From Puniceicoccales bacterium (lineage in GTDB: Bacteria > Verrucomicrobiota > Verrucomicrobiia > Opitutales > JAIRLG01): a stretch of 64,000 nucleotides of DNA. Where the stretch lies: contig JAITRB010000004.1 in assembly GCA_031288595.1 (NCBI GenBank), positions 9,491-73,490 of the forward strand. The letters are read 5' to 3'. The position numbers and the translations under genes were made by a program. The notes under the pieces were generated by a model. That model made no database searches. It saw only the letters and a list, made by a program, of their open reading frames with translations, and was not told where the DNA came from. Positions 1 to 9,475 of the stretch are shown here, piece by piece. Numbering within the stretch: position 1 is the stretch's first letter; every line of letters starts with the position of its first letter.

Positions 1-1
1 G

Positions 2-1054
2 CCTCGGGAGCCTCAGGAGCCCATCAACGCCCTGCAATTTGCGATCAACGCTGTGAACAAACAGTTCGGAGAAGGTTCTCTGATGCGCATGGGAGATGCC
101 AAAAAGCTCAACGTATCGGTCATCTCGAGCGGATCGATTTCGCTCGACCTGGCCCTGGGGGCTGGCGGACTTCCCCGGGGGCGCATCTGCGAGATCTTCG
201 GGCCGGAATCTTCGGGAAAGACGACCCTCTGCCTGAGCGTCATCGCTGAAGCCCAGCGCCGCGGTGGAAGTGCGGTTTTCATCGACGTCGAACACGCCAT
301 CGATCCGCGCTACGCGAAGATCGTGGGAGTCGACCTCGATAACCTCATGATCGCTCAGCCCGAGAGCGGCGAGGATGCGCTCAATATCACGGAGACCCTC
401 ATCCGTTCCGGCGCCATCGATGTCATCGTCGTGGATTCCGTGGCGGCCCTGGTCTCGAAGGCGGAGCTGGAGGGGCAGATGGGCGATGTGACCGTCGGCG
501 CCCAGGCGAGGCTGATGAGTCAGGCAATGCGCCGCCTGACCTCGGTGATCAACCGCACCCAGTGCGTGTGCATCTTCACGAACCAGATCCGTGAGAAGAT
601 CGGGGTGATGTTCGGCAATCCGGAGACGACCCCCGGGGGAAGGGCCCTGAAGTTCTTCGCCTCCATCCGCATGGACATTCGCCGTGTGGGGCAGCTGAAG
701 GACAGCAGCGGCCGGGTGATCGGGAACCGTACTCGGGTTAAGGTGGTGAAGAACAAGATCGCTCCGCCGTTCACGGAATGCGAGTTCGACATCATGTACA
801 ATGAGGGGATCTCCCGCACTGGCTCGCTGCTGGACCTGGGGCTCGAGTACCAGATCTTCGAAAAGAAGGGTTCTTGGTTAGCCTACAAGGGCAAGATGCT
901 GGGTCAGGGACGGGAGGCAGCCAGACAGGTATTGGCCAAAGATGAGGCTATGATGGAGGAGGTCCAGGCGGCGATCTACCAAAAGGTCAAGGTGGCCGGA
1001 GGAACGGTACTCGGGGAATCTTCCCGAGATGCGACCAATGGCGATGAGCTCTGA
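2..1054 (+). CDS. recA: Recombinase RecA, 5' end cut by the window edge
   Basis: The frame is open to the window edge, and [22 protein letters not shown] matches the RecA N-terminus. Walker A is [19 protein letters not shown] and the L2 loop [20 protein letters not shown] are present. The ATG at 53 is internal. Confidence 0.97.
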   Translation, partial: PREPQEPINALQFAINAVNKQFGEGSLMRMGDAKKLNVSVISSGSISLDLALGAGGLPRGRICEIFGPESSGKTTLCLSVIAEAQRRGGSAVFIDVEHAIDPRYAKIVGVDLDNLMIAQPESGEDALNITETLIRSGAIDVIVVDSVAALVSKAELEGQMGDVTVGAQARLMSQAMRRLTSVINRTQCVCIFTNQIREKIGVMFGNPETTPGGRALKFFASIRMDIRRVGQLKDSSGRVIGNRTRVKVVKNKIAPPFTECEFDIMYNEGISRTGSLLDLGLEYQIFEKKGSWLAYKGKMLGQGREAARQVLAKDEAMMEEVQAAIYQKVKVAGGTVLGESSRDATNGDEL

Positions 1055-1098
1055 GGAGCGCCCAGAGGTCATTGTCGGCGGAGTTGGCCTTATGCCCG

Positions 1099-2082
1099 AT
1101 GTCGAGAGAAGACCGGACTAAGAAAGTGGCTCGGCCATTCTCCAAAGAAAAGTCTCGTTTCAGGGGAGAGCTATGGCGTTTTGGCGAACGGGATGCTTTT
1201 GAAGTTCAGTGGCAGAAGCTCTTGGAGCGGGAAGAGGGGAGGAGGGAAAAATCATCTCCTGCCTCGGCCGGAACAGCTCCCGAAGAACCGTCGTCGTCCT
1301 GGGGCTCCTACGCCCATTTCGACCAATACACTAGCGGAGCTTGGAGGGAACGGGAGCTGCTGATATCGCAGTCCGGCAGCCGGGAACTGTCCCTCGATGG
1401 AGGGCAGATTCACAAGGATATGGTGGTGGTAGCAGAAGACGTGGATCTCTCCCTGCAACGCCGCATCCGGTCAGACCATTCCTTCCTGGCCCAGCGCTTG
1501 CGCATCGATCTATGCCGGGGCTCACGGCTGAAGTTCATCCTTCAGCTGGAGAGCGGGAGGGCGATTTTATCGGCTCTGCGCTTCGTCCTGGCCGAAGGAG
1601 CTCTTTTGGAAATCATCCTCTCGCAGCGGGAGCTAGAGATGAGCCGTCTGGAACTGGATCTGCAGCTGCAGGGCGAGGGGAGTTCCGCTGCGGCTTTCCT
1701 CACCTGTTTCGGCCACGGAGGACAGCACCTCGATTGTCGAGTCCGCCAGTACCACCAGGCAGGCTCTACAGAATCTCGATTGAGGCTTAAAACCGCTCTC
1801 GAGGGTCGGGCGTATTCGGTTTTCGGTGGTCGGATTGTGATGGAGGAATCGGCGATGAATGGCAGGGCTTCGCAGAAAGCGGAGCATCTGATGCTCTCGC
1901 CGGAAGCATTGGCCCACAGTATGCCGGAATTGGATATCCGGACGGACGAAGTATCCTGCTCCCACGGAGCGACGGTGGCCCCTTTGGATGAGGCGGCTCT
2001 GTTCTACCTGGGCACCAGAGGCATTCGTCGCGCTGCGGCCAAGCAGGTCCTGAGAGAGGCATTTTTGGGCTGGATTTCCTGA
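1099..2082 (+). CDS. SufD/SufB-family Fe-S assembly scaffold-like protein, stand-alone
   Basis: The C-terminal half carries the SufD signature (ELDIRTDEVSCSHGATVAPLDEAALFYLGTRGI...AKQVLREAF). The track ORF opens with TTG at 1072, and the first ATG is at 1099. No sufB/sufC/sufS is adjacent. Confidence 0.6.
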   Translation: MSREDRTKKVARPFSKEKSRFRGELWRFGERDAFEVQWQKLLEREEGRREKSSPASAGTAPEEPSSSWGSYAHFDQYTSGAWRERELLISQSGSRELSLDGGQIHKDMVVVAEDVDLSLQRRIRSDHSFLAQRLRIDLCRGSRLKFILQLESGRAILSALRFVLAEGALLEIILSQRELEMSRLELDLQLQGEGSSAAAFLTCFGHGGQHLDCRVRQYHQAGSTESRLRLKTALEGRAYSVFGGRIVMEESAMNGRASQKAEHLMLSPEALAHSMPELDIRTDEVSCSHGATVAPLDEAALFYLGTRGIRRAAAKQVLREAFLGWIS

Positions 2083-2140
2083 TCTTCTGGAGAAATATTT
2101 TCTGGAGAAACATTGGGATAGATGGGAAAAGGTGCATCCG

Positions 2141-2248
2141 CGCGCAACGGCCCCCGTCAGAAGGACAGCGAGGCTTCGCTGTCCTTCCGACGGGGCCTTC
2201 CTGCTCCGCAGGAAGGCCTCCTTTGCTTTGCAAAGGGGCCGTTGCGCG
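2141..2248. repeat. Intergenic four-helix palindromic element, variant (type 2) copy
   Basis: A 14-bp outer stem CGCGCAACGGCCCC/GGGGCCGTTGCGCG encloses three hairpins. They are GAAGGACAGCG-loop-CGCTGTCCTTC, GGCCTTCCTGC-TCC-GCAGGAAGGCC and TTTGC-TTT-GCAAA. The first hairpin is built from the type-1 terminal sequences in swapped order. The copy lies between convergent sufD-like and membrane-protein genes. Confidence 0.7.
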
Positions 2249-2281
2249 GAGAAAGCATAAGAGAGCCGAACCGGGACCTTG

Positions 2282-2818
2282 TCAGTACAGGGTCGAGAGG
2301 ACGACACATCCGTAGAGACTGAAGAGCGCGCCCAGGAGGCGGGGATAGAAGAATCCCCTTTTCTCCTGTAGCCAGAGGACGAGGTCCCTGAAGCGATAGG
2401 GCCAGATGCCAAGGTAAATGGCCAAAACGATCAGCACATAGGTCCCTGAGACCATCCACAGCCTGGAAATGGGCAATTCCAGGTAGGCGGACTTCAGCAG
2501 CTCATGGGCACTGAGGAGGATTAAGATGCAAACCCCGCGGACGGCAAGGAAGTCACGGATGTGGAATAGGGCGATGAGACCGATCATGGCGAAGAAGCCG
2601 AAGAAGAAGGTTCGGTACTGTCCAAAGTCAGCCTCGCCCAGATGGGAGATATTGTACAGGAACCAGCCCATCGCCAACCCAAAGCAGAGAATATTGGCCC
2701 AGGTCGCGCGCAGCTTGCGCCCTAGAAAGGAGAGGACGCGGCCTGGAAAACAGAGCCAAGCCACTCCCAGGAGGAGAAAGGTCGCTCCGAAGAGGAATGT
2801 GCCTTCCGCTAGCAACAT
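2282..2818 (-). CDS. Hypothetical polytopic membrane protein
   Basis: The 178-aa ORF has about 5-6 hydrophobic segments and an ATG start. The start overlaps the miaA stop by 10 nt on the same strand. I recognise no family. Confidence 0.5.
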   Translation of the reverse strand: MLLAEGTFLFGATFLLLGVAWLCFPGRVLSFLGRKLRATWANILCFGLAMGWFLYNISHLGEADFGQYRTFFFGFFAMIGLIALFHIRDFLAVRGVCILILLSAHELLKSAYLELPISRLWMVSGTYVLIVLAIYLGIWPYRFRDLVLWLQEKRGFFYPRLLGALFSLYGCVVLSTLY

Positions 2819-3762
2819 GGTGCCCGATACTGAAAGAAGGCACTCAAAATGTCAAAGCTTTCATCAGGGCTCTGCTGGTCCAGGTTCAGCCTTCGGTCGA
2901 TGGGGATCTGATGGCGGAACCAGCTGCGCTGCTTGTGGATCAGTTGCTTCGTGTGCAGGAGAATGTGGGCCTTCAGTATCGCCTCGTCCCTGCATCCGCT
3001 CTGCAGCCATTGCAGGGTTTCTCGGTATCCGATGCTCCGGCCGGCCGGGCCGTTGGGGTTCAGGCCCTGGCGCTGCAATTGCCGGACTTCTTCGACCAGG
3101 CCCTGCGCCAGCATGTCATCGATGCGTCGGGCCGCGCGTTCCTGAAGATTTTCCGCTTCCCGCTCGAGCAGACAGCTGCGTTTTCTCCAGGACTGGAAGA
3201 GCGAAGCTTTCATCTCGAAATTCCTCTGCAATTCCGGAATACTTTGGCCAGAGGCGAGGCATCGGGCCAGGGCTCGCATCACCCGCTGGGGATTGCGAAG
3301 GTCGAGCGTGCCGGTCTGAGGACTGAGCTGGAGTAGTGCCTCCCTTAGGCCTGCAAGTCCGCGGCAGCGGAAGAGCTCGCTCACCTCTTCTCGAATGCCT
3401 GAAGAGATGATGATATCGTCTGTAACGGCTTTGTAAAAGCTTTGGAGATAGAATCCGGAGCCGCCTACGATGAGGACGGGATGGCCGCGGTACTGGATGT
3501 CCGCGATCCTTTCAAGGGCATAGCGCTGATAGCGGTCGACGTCGCACTGTTCGGAAATCGAACAGAAGTCGAGGCCGTGGTGCGGAACCCGGGCCTGTTC
3601 TTCCGGAAGGGGCTTGGCCGTTCCGATGTCCATCCCGCGGTAGACGAGCCGCGAATCACAGGAGAGGATTTCGGCCGAGTATTTTTCGGCAATGCGCAGC
3701 GATAGTTCCGTTTTCCCCATCGCCGTGCAGCCCGTCAAAATCCATAGTTCTGGCTGTTCCAT
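2809..3762 (-). CDS. miaA: tRNA dimethylallyltransferase MiaA
   Basis: P-loop GCTAMGKTELS is followed by SCDSRLVYRGMDIGTAKP. I placed the start at the internal ATG (MEQPELWILTG), which removes the overlap with the upstream lptD-like ORF. Confidence 0.9.
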   Translation of the reverse strand: MEQPELWILTGCTAMGKTELSLRIAEKYSAEILSCDSRLVYRGMDIGTAKPLPEEQARVPHHGLDFCSISEQCDVDRYQRYALERIADIQYRGHPVLIVGGSGFYLQSFYKAVTDDIIISSGIREEVSELFRCRGLAGLREALLQLSPQTGTLDLRNPQRVMRALARCLASGQSIPELQRNFEMKASLFQSWRKRSCLLEREAENLQERAARRIDDMLAQGLVEEVRQLQRQGLNPNGPAGRSIGYRETLQWLQSGCRDEAILKAHILLHTKQLIHKQRSWFRHQIPIDRRLNLDQQSPDESFDILSAFFQYRAPCC

Positions 3763-3766
3763 GAGA

Positions 3767-5923
3767 TTACCAGCGGATGAGATTACAGCTGATGAAAAAC
3801 CGCACGTGCTTCTTCCAGGCATCGCGGTGCCGAATGCTCAGTCCGGCCTCCAAATTCCAGGTCTGTGAAATCTGACGGACCAGGCGGTATCCGTGCTCGT
3901 CGAGACGATGCCGGCGGGCATCCCATTGAAAAAAAAACTTCCACCGAGTGACGGCATCGAGACAGCCCGAAAGCTCTGCGGAATAGCTCCGGGTGCGCTG
4001 CCTCAGGTACTGCTGTTCGATTTGGAGCTGCCAGCGCTCTCCGCTGAGAATTCGACAGGAATTTCGGCATTCCTCCCAGATCTTGGCGACGGGATCGAAG
4101 CGCAGGTCGTTCTGAAACTGCAAAAACTCGGCCGGATGGAGCTGCAGATGGAGATAGGTATGGGAAAGATGCTGGGAGTGGGGAGAAGGCGAATGGGGCG
4201 AGGGTGGTGGAGCGATCGGCCGCTGCGGATAGAGGTCTTGGTAGAGGTGGCACTGAAGCAGGTCGCGGGCCAGATGAGGGCTTTGGCCTGCGGTCTGGAG
4301 AAAATTCTCTATCCCGAGGCGCAGGACGTGGGAGCGGTAGGGCCGATCCGTGTCGCGCCGCTCCAGCAGATCCAGGATCGGGAGATGCTTGTCTCGGCTG
4401 AAGTCATCGATGCCCGGGATCTCGTCCCAGTGGCGCTCGGCGTGAGGAATCCAGCGATACTGCAGCATCGGGTGAATCACGTGCCGCAGGCCGTGGATTC
4501 CCCATCGCTCCTGCTCGACGTCCATCGGATAATGGGCCTGAAGGTCGAGGTCGAAGCCGACCTGGCCCAGCACGCGCCGAAAGGATTTTTGGGGAGAGGA
4601 GGAGCAGCTATAGCTCGTCCCGCGCAGGCCCAGAATAGGGGTCCAGCCGATACCACTTCCCCAAGAGACGGGGCAGAATAGCTGATAGGCTAACTCCGCC
4701 CGTCGGGTGCGGAGGGAATTTTTTTCCCGCGTCCGGAGAAAGGTCTCTCCACGATCCTCCCGCGATAGATGGGAGAGGTCGATGAATCCCTGTTGGTAGA
4801 GAGATGTCTCACCGATAAGCGCGGGGAAGTACTCGAATCTCAGGGAAGGAAGGCGTTGGGTAGCACTTCGGAAGCGGTGTGGCGGAACGCGCAGGAACAG
4901 GGTCGTCAGGGCATGCCGGTGCCGATAATTCGCCTCCGCGAAGGAATCAGGAAAGGGATTTTTTTTGTAATCGCCGTAATGGAAATCGCTGAAGATTTCC
5001 GAATCGCTCCACCGCTGGACATGGCTCGTGACGTGGAAATGTTCGGAAAGGCACTGCCGGTGGGCGATCCGGCATCGTCCCCTTCTTTTTGGAAGAGGAC
5101 TGGAAAAGAAATCATTTCCCCGCTTCCCGTGGTCTCGGATGAAATAGCCCTGGGCATCGAGGGCCCATGGAAGCTCGGCATCGGCGGGCGCTGCGGCGGA
5201 GAATTCCATTCCCCCTCCACAGCCTCGACGGCTGCTGCTGTCGAAGAGCGCGCCGAGGTGACTGTGAGGGCCGATATGGAGGGGCCATTGGGACTGGACA
5301 AAGGTCCCTAGCGAGGAGTCGTGCCCCAGTTTCATCTTTACATGGAGACTGCTGCCCTCGACGTCCCAGCGGCAGTGGCGGGCATAGAAGAGAGGCAGGC
5401 GGCCCAGGAAGAAGAGGGCCTGTCGGGCCTCGAGGTAGCGGGACTGCGAAAGGCTGATCTCCTTGGCTCGGACGCTGAGCGATAAGGAAGCCGGTTCGTG
5501 GAGATAGAGCGTGGCCTGGCGGGCCAAGATCCAGTCAGTCTTGGCCTCGACATCGGTCGCCTTGAGGTAAAAGGAGGAGCCGCCCAGGCGCAGATTTTTT
5601 CCCCGCAGATGGGCCCGGTGTAGGTCGCAGTGCAGTTCCTCTGCTCTGAGATAGAAGGGAGGATAGAGGGCCGATACCCGATGCGATGCATGGGCCTGGC
5701 CATCCTCCTGTCGGTAGCGGATTTCATCGGCCCTGAGCCGCAGAGAATCGGTTTGGAGATGAGCCTTTCCGCTCGCGAGCATTTCTCCGGACTCCTGTCC
5801 GCTGAGCTTGATCCGCTCGGCGCTGATTTCCGGCCCGATCCTCTCCGCTTCCGTGTTGCCGGTACCGGCTCCATGGGAAAAACAGGCGAGGACGGGAAGA
5901 AAGCCGCAGAAGAGGCGCTTCAT
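3767..5923 (-). CDS. lptD: LPS-assembly outer-membrane protein LptD/OstA-like
   Basis: There is a signal peptide (MKRLFCGFLPVLACFSHG). The N-terminus is OstA-like (SGKAHLQTDSLRLRADEIRYRQEDGQAHASHRV). It is followed by a long aromatic- and Gly-rich region consistent with a beta-barrel. The call rests on pattern only. Confidence 0.6.
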   Translation of the reverse strand: MKRLFCGFLPVLACFSHGAGTGNTEAERIGPEISAERIKLSGQESGEMLASGKAHLQTDSLRLRADEIRYRQEDGQAHASHRVSALYPPFYLRAEELHCDLHRAHLRGKNLRLGGSSFYLKATDVEAKTDWILARQATLYLHEPASLSLSVRAKEISLSQSRYLEARQALFFLGRLPLFYARHCRWDVEGSSLHVKMKLGHDSSLGTFVQSQWPLHIGPHSHLGALFDSSSRRGCGGGMEFSAAAPADAELPWALDAQGYFIRDHGKRGNDFFSSPLPKRRGRCRIAHRQCLSEHFHVTSHVQRWSDSEIFSDFHYGDYKKNPFPDSFAEANYRHRHALTTLFLRVPPHRFRSATQRLPSLRFEYFPALIGETSLYQQGFIDLSHLSREDRGETFLRTREKNSLRTRRAELAYQLFCPVSWGSGIGWTPILGLRGTSYSCSSSPQKSFRRVLGQVGFDLDLQAHYPMDVEQERWGIHGLRHVIHPMLQYRWIPHAERHWDEIPGIDDFSRDKHLPILDLLERRDTDRPYRSHVLRLGIENFLQTAGQSPHLARDLLQCHLYQDLYPQRPIAPPPSPHSPSPHSQHLSHTYLHLQLHPAEFLQFQNDLRFDPVAKIWEECRNSCRILSGERWQLQIEQQYLRQRTRSYSAELSGCLDAVTRWKFFFQWDARRHRLDEHGYRLVRQISQTWNLEAGLSIRHRDAWKKHVRFFISCNLIRW

Positions 5924-6005
5924 GTTCTGTCACTGTGAATAGGAATCGCTGAAATGGCGACAAGTCCATTTCGTTCTCGAGATGCGGGGAGGGCCAGTGG
6001 CAGGA

Positions 6006-6114
6006 TTTGGCGCCTTTGGAGGCCTTTGGGCTCCGGCCCGCGGCGCGGGCCGCGGCCGAGGGAGAGGGAGAGCTGTCCCAGCTCTCCCTCTCCCTCGGGC
6101 GCAAAGGCGCCAAA
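6006..6114. repeat. Intergenic four-helix palindromic element, type 1 (order a-b-c on + strand)
   Basis: The closing stem is TTTGGCGCCTTTG/CAAAGGCGCCAAA. Arm a is imperfect (GGAGGCC-TTT-GGGCTCC). Arm b is GGCCCGC-GGC-GCGGGCC. Arm c is a perfect 20-bp stem (CCGAGGGAGAGGGAGAGCTG-TCC-CAGCTCTCCCTCTCCCTCGG). It lies in the divergent lptD/recD2 spacer. Confidence 0.85.
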
Positions 6115-6201
6115 CCGAAGAAAGGCGAGGGGCATCGTCCCGTTCTGAGCTTTGGGATTGAAGAGCGCGGGCAGGAGCACAGACTGCTCCCAAAACCTCC
6201 C

Positions 6202-8400
6202 ATGTCCGTCATCGTACAGGGTAATCTGGAACGCATTCTCTTCCGCTGCGAAGAAAATGCCTATATGGTCGGCCGGCTACGCCCATCGGGACCAGAGCAG
6301 GGAGAGGCCGTTGTTTTCTGCGGGACCTTCCCCAGCGTCCAGTGCGGAGAACGGCTTTCCCTAAAGGGTGAGTGGAAGGAACATCCCACCTACGGCCGTC
6401 GTCTGGAGGTAAATGCCTTCGAAGTCCAGCTCCCATCGGACTTATATGGCCTCGAGCGCTATCTGGCGAATGGATTTGCCAGTGGCATTGGCAAATCCTA
6501 TGCCGCGAGAATCGTCCAACATTTCGGTCCCGAGACCTTCGAAGTGCTCTCCCGTGACATCGGCCGCCTGAATGAGGTGCCGGGTATTGGGGCACGGCGG
6601 GTAGCCCTGATACGCAAGGCCTGGGAGGATCAGGTTCAGATGCGCGACCTCTCCATCTTCCTCCAGAGCTACGAAATTTCCCAGTCGCTCTGCCAAAAGC
6701 TCCACAAGACCTATGGCGACCAGGCGCGCTCGGTGCTGGAAAAGGATCCCTATCGCGTCGCTCGCGAGGTCGCGGGCATCGGCTTCAAAACGGCCGACCG
6801 CATGGCCAGGAACCTCGGCATTTCGGACGAAGCCTCGGTGCGTCTGGAGGCCGGACTCTTCTACAGCTTCGAGACGGAGGAAATGAATGGGCATACCTGT
6901 CTCGAGCGCAGTACTTTGATTCACACTGCCCAGAATCTGCTAGGAGTAGGGGAGGATCTCATCGAGGCCCAGCTCGACCTCCTGCAGCAGTACGGTAAAA
7001 TCCATCTCCTTCCCAGTGGCCGTCTGCAGTTGGCACATTTCAAGGTCGCCGAGGAGACGATTGCCTTCCTCTTGAAACGACTCCTACAGAGAAAATCTCC
7101 CTCTCTGGGGACCATCGATGGGGACGCGGCCGTGGCCTGGGCCCAGCGTCGGGAGGGATTCGTCTTCGCCGAGGAACAACTGCTCGGCCTGCGCTCGGCG
7201 CTGACGAAAAAGGTTTCGGTCCTGACCGGTGGGCCCGGGACGGGCAAGACCACGCTGCTGCGCGCCCTGGTCGCCATTCTACGGGCGAAGCACATCGCCG
7301 TCGCCCTGGCCGCCCCTACTGGCCGCGCGGCCCAGCGCCTGGCCGAAGCGACGGGCACTCCGGCCAAAACCATCCACAAGCTCCTGCAATTCCGAACGGA
7401 TGTGGAGGAGCGCCGGTTCATGCACAACGAGGGATGTCCGCTGAACCTGGACTATCTCATCGTGGACGAGATGAGTATGCTCGACACGCGCCTGGCTGCC
7501 TCGCTGCTGCGGGCGGTGCCGGAAACCGCCTGCGTACTCTTTGTCGGAGACAGCGACCAGTTGCCTTCGGTGGGGGCTGGCAATGTCCTCAGCGACCTGA
7601 TGCAATCCGGAGTCCTACCCGTCGTTCGCCTCCGGAAGGTCTTTCGCCAGGACGATGTGAGCTCCATCGTGCACGTGGCCCATGCCGTCATTGCTGGTAA
7701 TACGACCCTGAGCGGGATCAGTGCTGATCTGTCGGCCATCCAGCCTCGGGACGATTTCCATTTCATCCTGGCGGATTCGCCTGAAGATTGCATCGAGAAG
7801 ACGAAGCAGCTCTGCCTGCTCTGCCTACCGAGCTGGTACGACATCTGCCCGCAGCGGGACGTCCAAATCCTGGTCCCCCTCTACAGGGGCAGCGTTGGCA
7901 TCGATCGTTTTAACGAGATCTTTCAGTCTCTCTATGCCCAGGAGGGCACACAGGTGCCTTGGATGCACCTGCGCCTGGGGGACAAGGTGCTCCAGACACG
8001 CAACAACTACGAAAAGGGCATTTTCAACGGTGATCTCGGGTTCATCCGAGAACTACGGGCATCGGAGAGGAAAATCGTCGTGGATTTCGACGGAGGGGAT
8101 GTCGAGCTGGGCGCGGCGGAAATCGGGGATCTCTCCCTGGCCTATGCGATCAGCATTCACAAATCGCAGGGCAGCGAATTCCCCATCGTCGTGATGCCGC
8201 TCCTCTTCCAGCATTTCATCATGCTCCAGCGCAACCTGCTCTACACCGGTATTTCCCGCGGACGCCACAAGGTCTTCATCATCGGTGACCCGAAGGCCTA
8301 TGCGGCAGCCGTCAGAAATCAAGGGAGTGTCCAGCGCTCGACGGGCCTGCAGGATCTCCTTCGCTCGATAGGCTCTCCGTCCGAAGGGCATGGGTCATGA
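6202..8400 (+). CDS. recD2: RecD2-type SF1 ATP-dependent DNA helicase
   Basis: Helicase motifs are present: LTGGPGTGKTT, LIVDEMSMLD, VGDSDQLPSVGAG and AISIHKSQGSEFP. I placed the start at the ATG at 6202 (MSVIVQGNLERI). The track extension from 6007 runs through repeat copy 6006-6114 and is low-complexity. Confidence 0.9.
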   Translation: MSVIVQGNLERILFRCEENAYMVGRLRPSGPEQGEAVVFCGTFPSVQCGERLSLKGEWKEHPTYGRRLEVNAFEVQLPSDLYGLERYLANGFASGIGKSYAARIVQHFGPETFEVLSRDIGRLNEVPGIGARRVALIRKAWEDQVQMRDLSIFLQSYEISQSLCQKLHKTYGDQARSVLEKDPYRVAREVAGIGFKTADRMARNLGISDEASVRLEAGLFYSFETEEMNGHTCLERSTLIHTAQNLLGVGEDLIEAQLDLLQQYGKIHLLPSGRLQLAHFKVAEETIAFLLKRLLQRKSPSLGTIDGDAAVAWAQRREGFVFAEEQLLGLRSALTKKVSVLTGGPGTGKTTLLRALVAILRAKHIAVALAAPTGRAAQRLAEATGTPAKTIHKLLQFRTDVEERRFMHNEGCPLNLDYLIVDEMSMLDTRLAASLLRAVPETACVLFVGDSDQLPSVGAGNVLSDLMQSGVLPVVRLRKVFRQDDVSSIVHVAHAVIAGNTTLSGISADLSAIQPRDDFHFILADSPEDCIEKTKQLCLLCLPSWYDICPQRDVQILVPLYRGSVGIDRFNEIFQSLYAQEGTQVPWMHLRLGDKVLQTRNNYEKGIFNGDLGFIRELRASERKIVVDFDGGDVELGAAEIGDLSLAYAISIHKSQGSEFPIVVMPLLFQHFIMLQRNLLYTGISRGRHKVFIIGDPKAYAAAVRNQGSVQRSTGLQDLLRSIGSPSEGHGS

Positions 8401-9475
8401 GTCCCAGAAGGGCGTAGACAGCGATGAGGTTAGAACCTCCATAGCTGAGGAAGGGGAGGGAAATGCCCTTGGTCGGGAAGCAGGCGGTGACGACGCCCAT
8501 ATTGAGGATGGACTGGTAAACGATCATGAAAATGGTCCCATAACCCAGGATGCGGGCGAAGAGGGATTCCTGTCGCTGCAGACCGGACAAAACGCTCAGG
8601 AAAAGGAGAGAGAAGAGGCCGATGATGAGCATTCCGCCGATGCAGCCCAGCTCTTCGACCAGTACGGCATAGATGAAATCCGTATGGGCCTCAGGTAGAT
8701 AGGTGAGCTGCTGCCGCCCATGGCCGATGCCCCGTCCCCAGGGCCCACCGGAGACGAAGGCGAGGATGGCTTGCCACAACTGGTAGGAGCCATCGCTGCG
8801 GTTCCCCTCCAGGTCGAGAAAGGAGATGATGCGCTTGAGCCGAGGAGGGTTTCGCCACACGAGCAGGGTGAAGAGGAGCAGGAAAGCAGCAGCCGATAGG
8901 AGCAGGTGCCTGATTTTGGCTCCGCCCAGAAAGAGCAGCGTTACGGCTACGGCCAGGAGAAGGACGGCTGTGCCGTAGTCCGGTTCGAGCAGAACAAGAC
9001 CAGCCCAGAACGAACAGAAGAGAATGGGCTTAAAAAATCCCTTCCAGAAACTATCCATCCATTCCGCATTTTTCTCGATGTAGTCCGCGAGCCAGAGGAC
9101 GAGGGCGATCTTGCTCAATTCCGATACCTGAATGCTGACGAAGCAGTGAATCCAGCGCCGCGAGCCGTTGACTTTTGTCCCTAAGCCTGGGATCAGCACC
9201 GCCACTAAAAGGCCGAGCGAAATCCAGACCCAGAAGGGGAGGGATTTCCTCAGCTTTTCCACTGGGATGAGGGCCGTTAGGCAGAAGGCATTCAGGGCCA
9301 AAACTAACCAGGCGAGCTGCTTGAGGGCGTAATTCTCCGACTTGAGAAAGGCAAGGCTAGCGCTGGAGAGGATGACGAAGCCCATGACGTTCAGGAGCAG
9401 CGCCAGCAGAATGCAGAAGCATTCCCTTTTCCTCTTTCTAAAAAAAAGGCCGCTCGAGAGAAATTCGAAGTTCAT
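8312..9475 (-). CDS. ftsW: SEDS-family peptidoglycan polymerase FtsW/RodA
   Basis: About 10 TM segments are present, with LPEAHTDFIYAVLVEELG and SYGGSNL motifs. The gene follows murD on the same strand. Its start overlaps the LysM gene stop as ATGA. Confidence 0.85.
   Translation of the reverse strand: MNFEFLSSGLFFRKRKRECFCILLALLLNVMGFVILSSASLAFLKSENYALKQLAWLVLALNAFCLTALIPVEKLRKSLPFWVWISLGLLVAVLIPGLGTKVNGSRRWIHCFVSIQVSELSKIALVLWLADYIEKNAEWMDSFWKGFFKPILFCSFWAGLVLLEPDYGTAVLLLAVAVTLLFLGGAKIRHLLLSAAAFLLLFTLLVWRNPPRLKRIISFLDLEGNRSDGSYQLWQAILAFVSGGPWGRGIGHGRQQLTYLPEAHTDFIYAVLVEELGCIGGMLIIGLFSLLFLSVLSGLQRQESLFARILGYGTIFMIVYQSILNMGVVTACFPTKGISLPFLSYGGSNLIAVYALLGLMTHALRTESLSSEGDPAGPSSAGHSLDF

Noticed and set aside
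1633-2412. Long antisense ORFs opposite confident genes. Examples are 1633-2412(-), 11059-12162(+), 28037-28942(-), 28729-29829(-), 30450-31391(-), 42237-43256(+), 44728-45576(+), 49524-50411(+), 50984-51733(-), 53390-54004(-), 58115-59383(+) and 61696-62463(+).
   Set aside because: These are typical high-GC shadow frames. They have Arg/Pro/Gly/Ala-rich composition and no recognisable motifs. Each fully overlaps a strongly supported gene on the other strand.
6007-6201. N-terminal extension of the recD2 ORF as given in the track (start 6007).
   Set aside because: The extension reads straight through repeat copy 6006-6114 and gives low-complexity AAAEGEGELSQLSLSLG. The conserved RecD2 N-terminus begins at the ATG at 6202.
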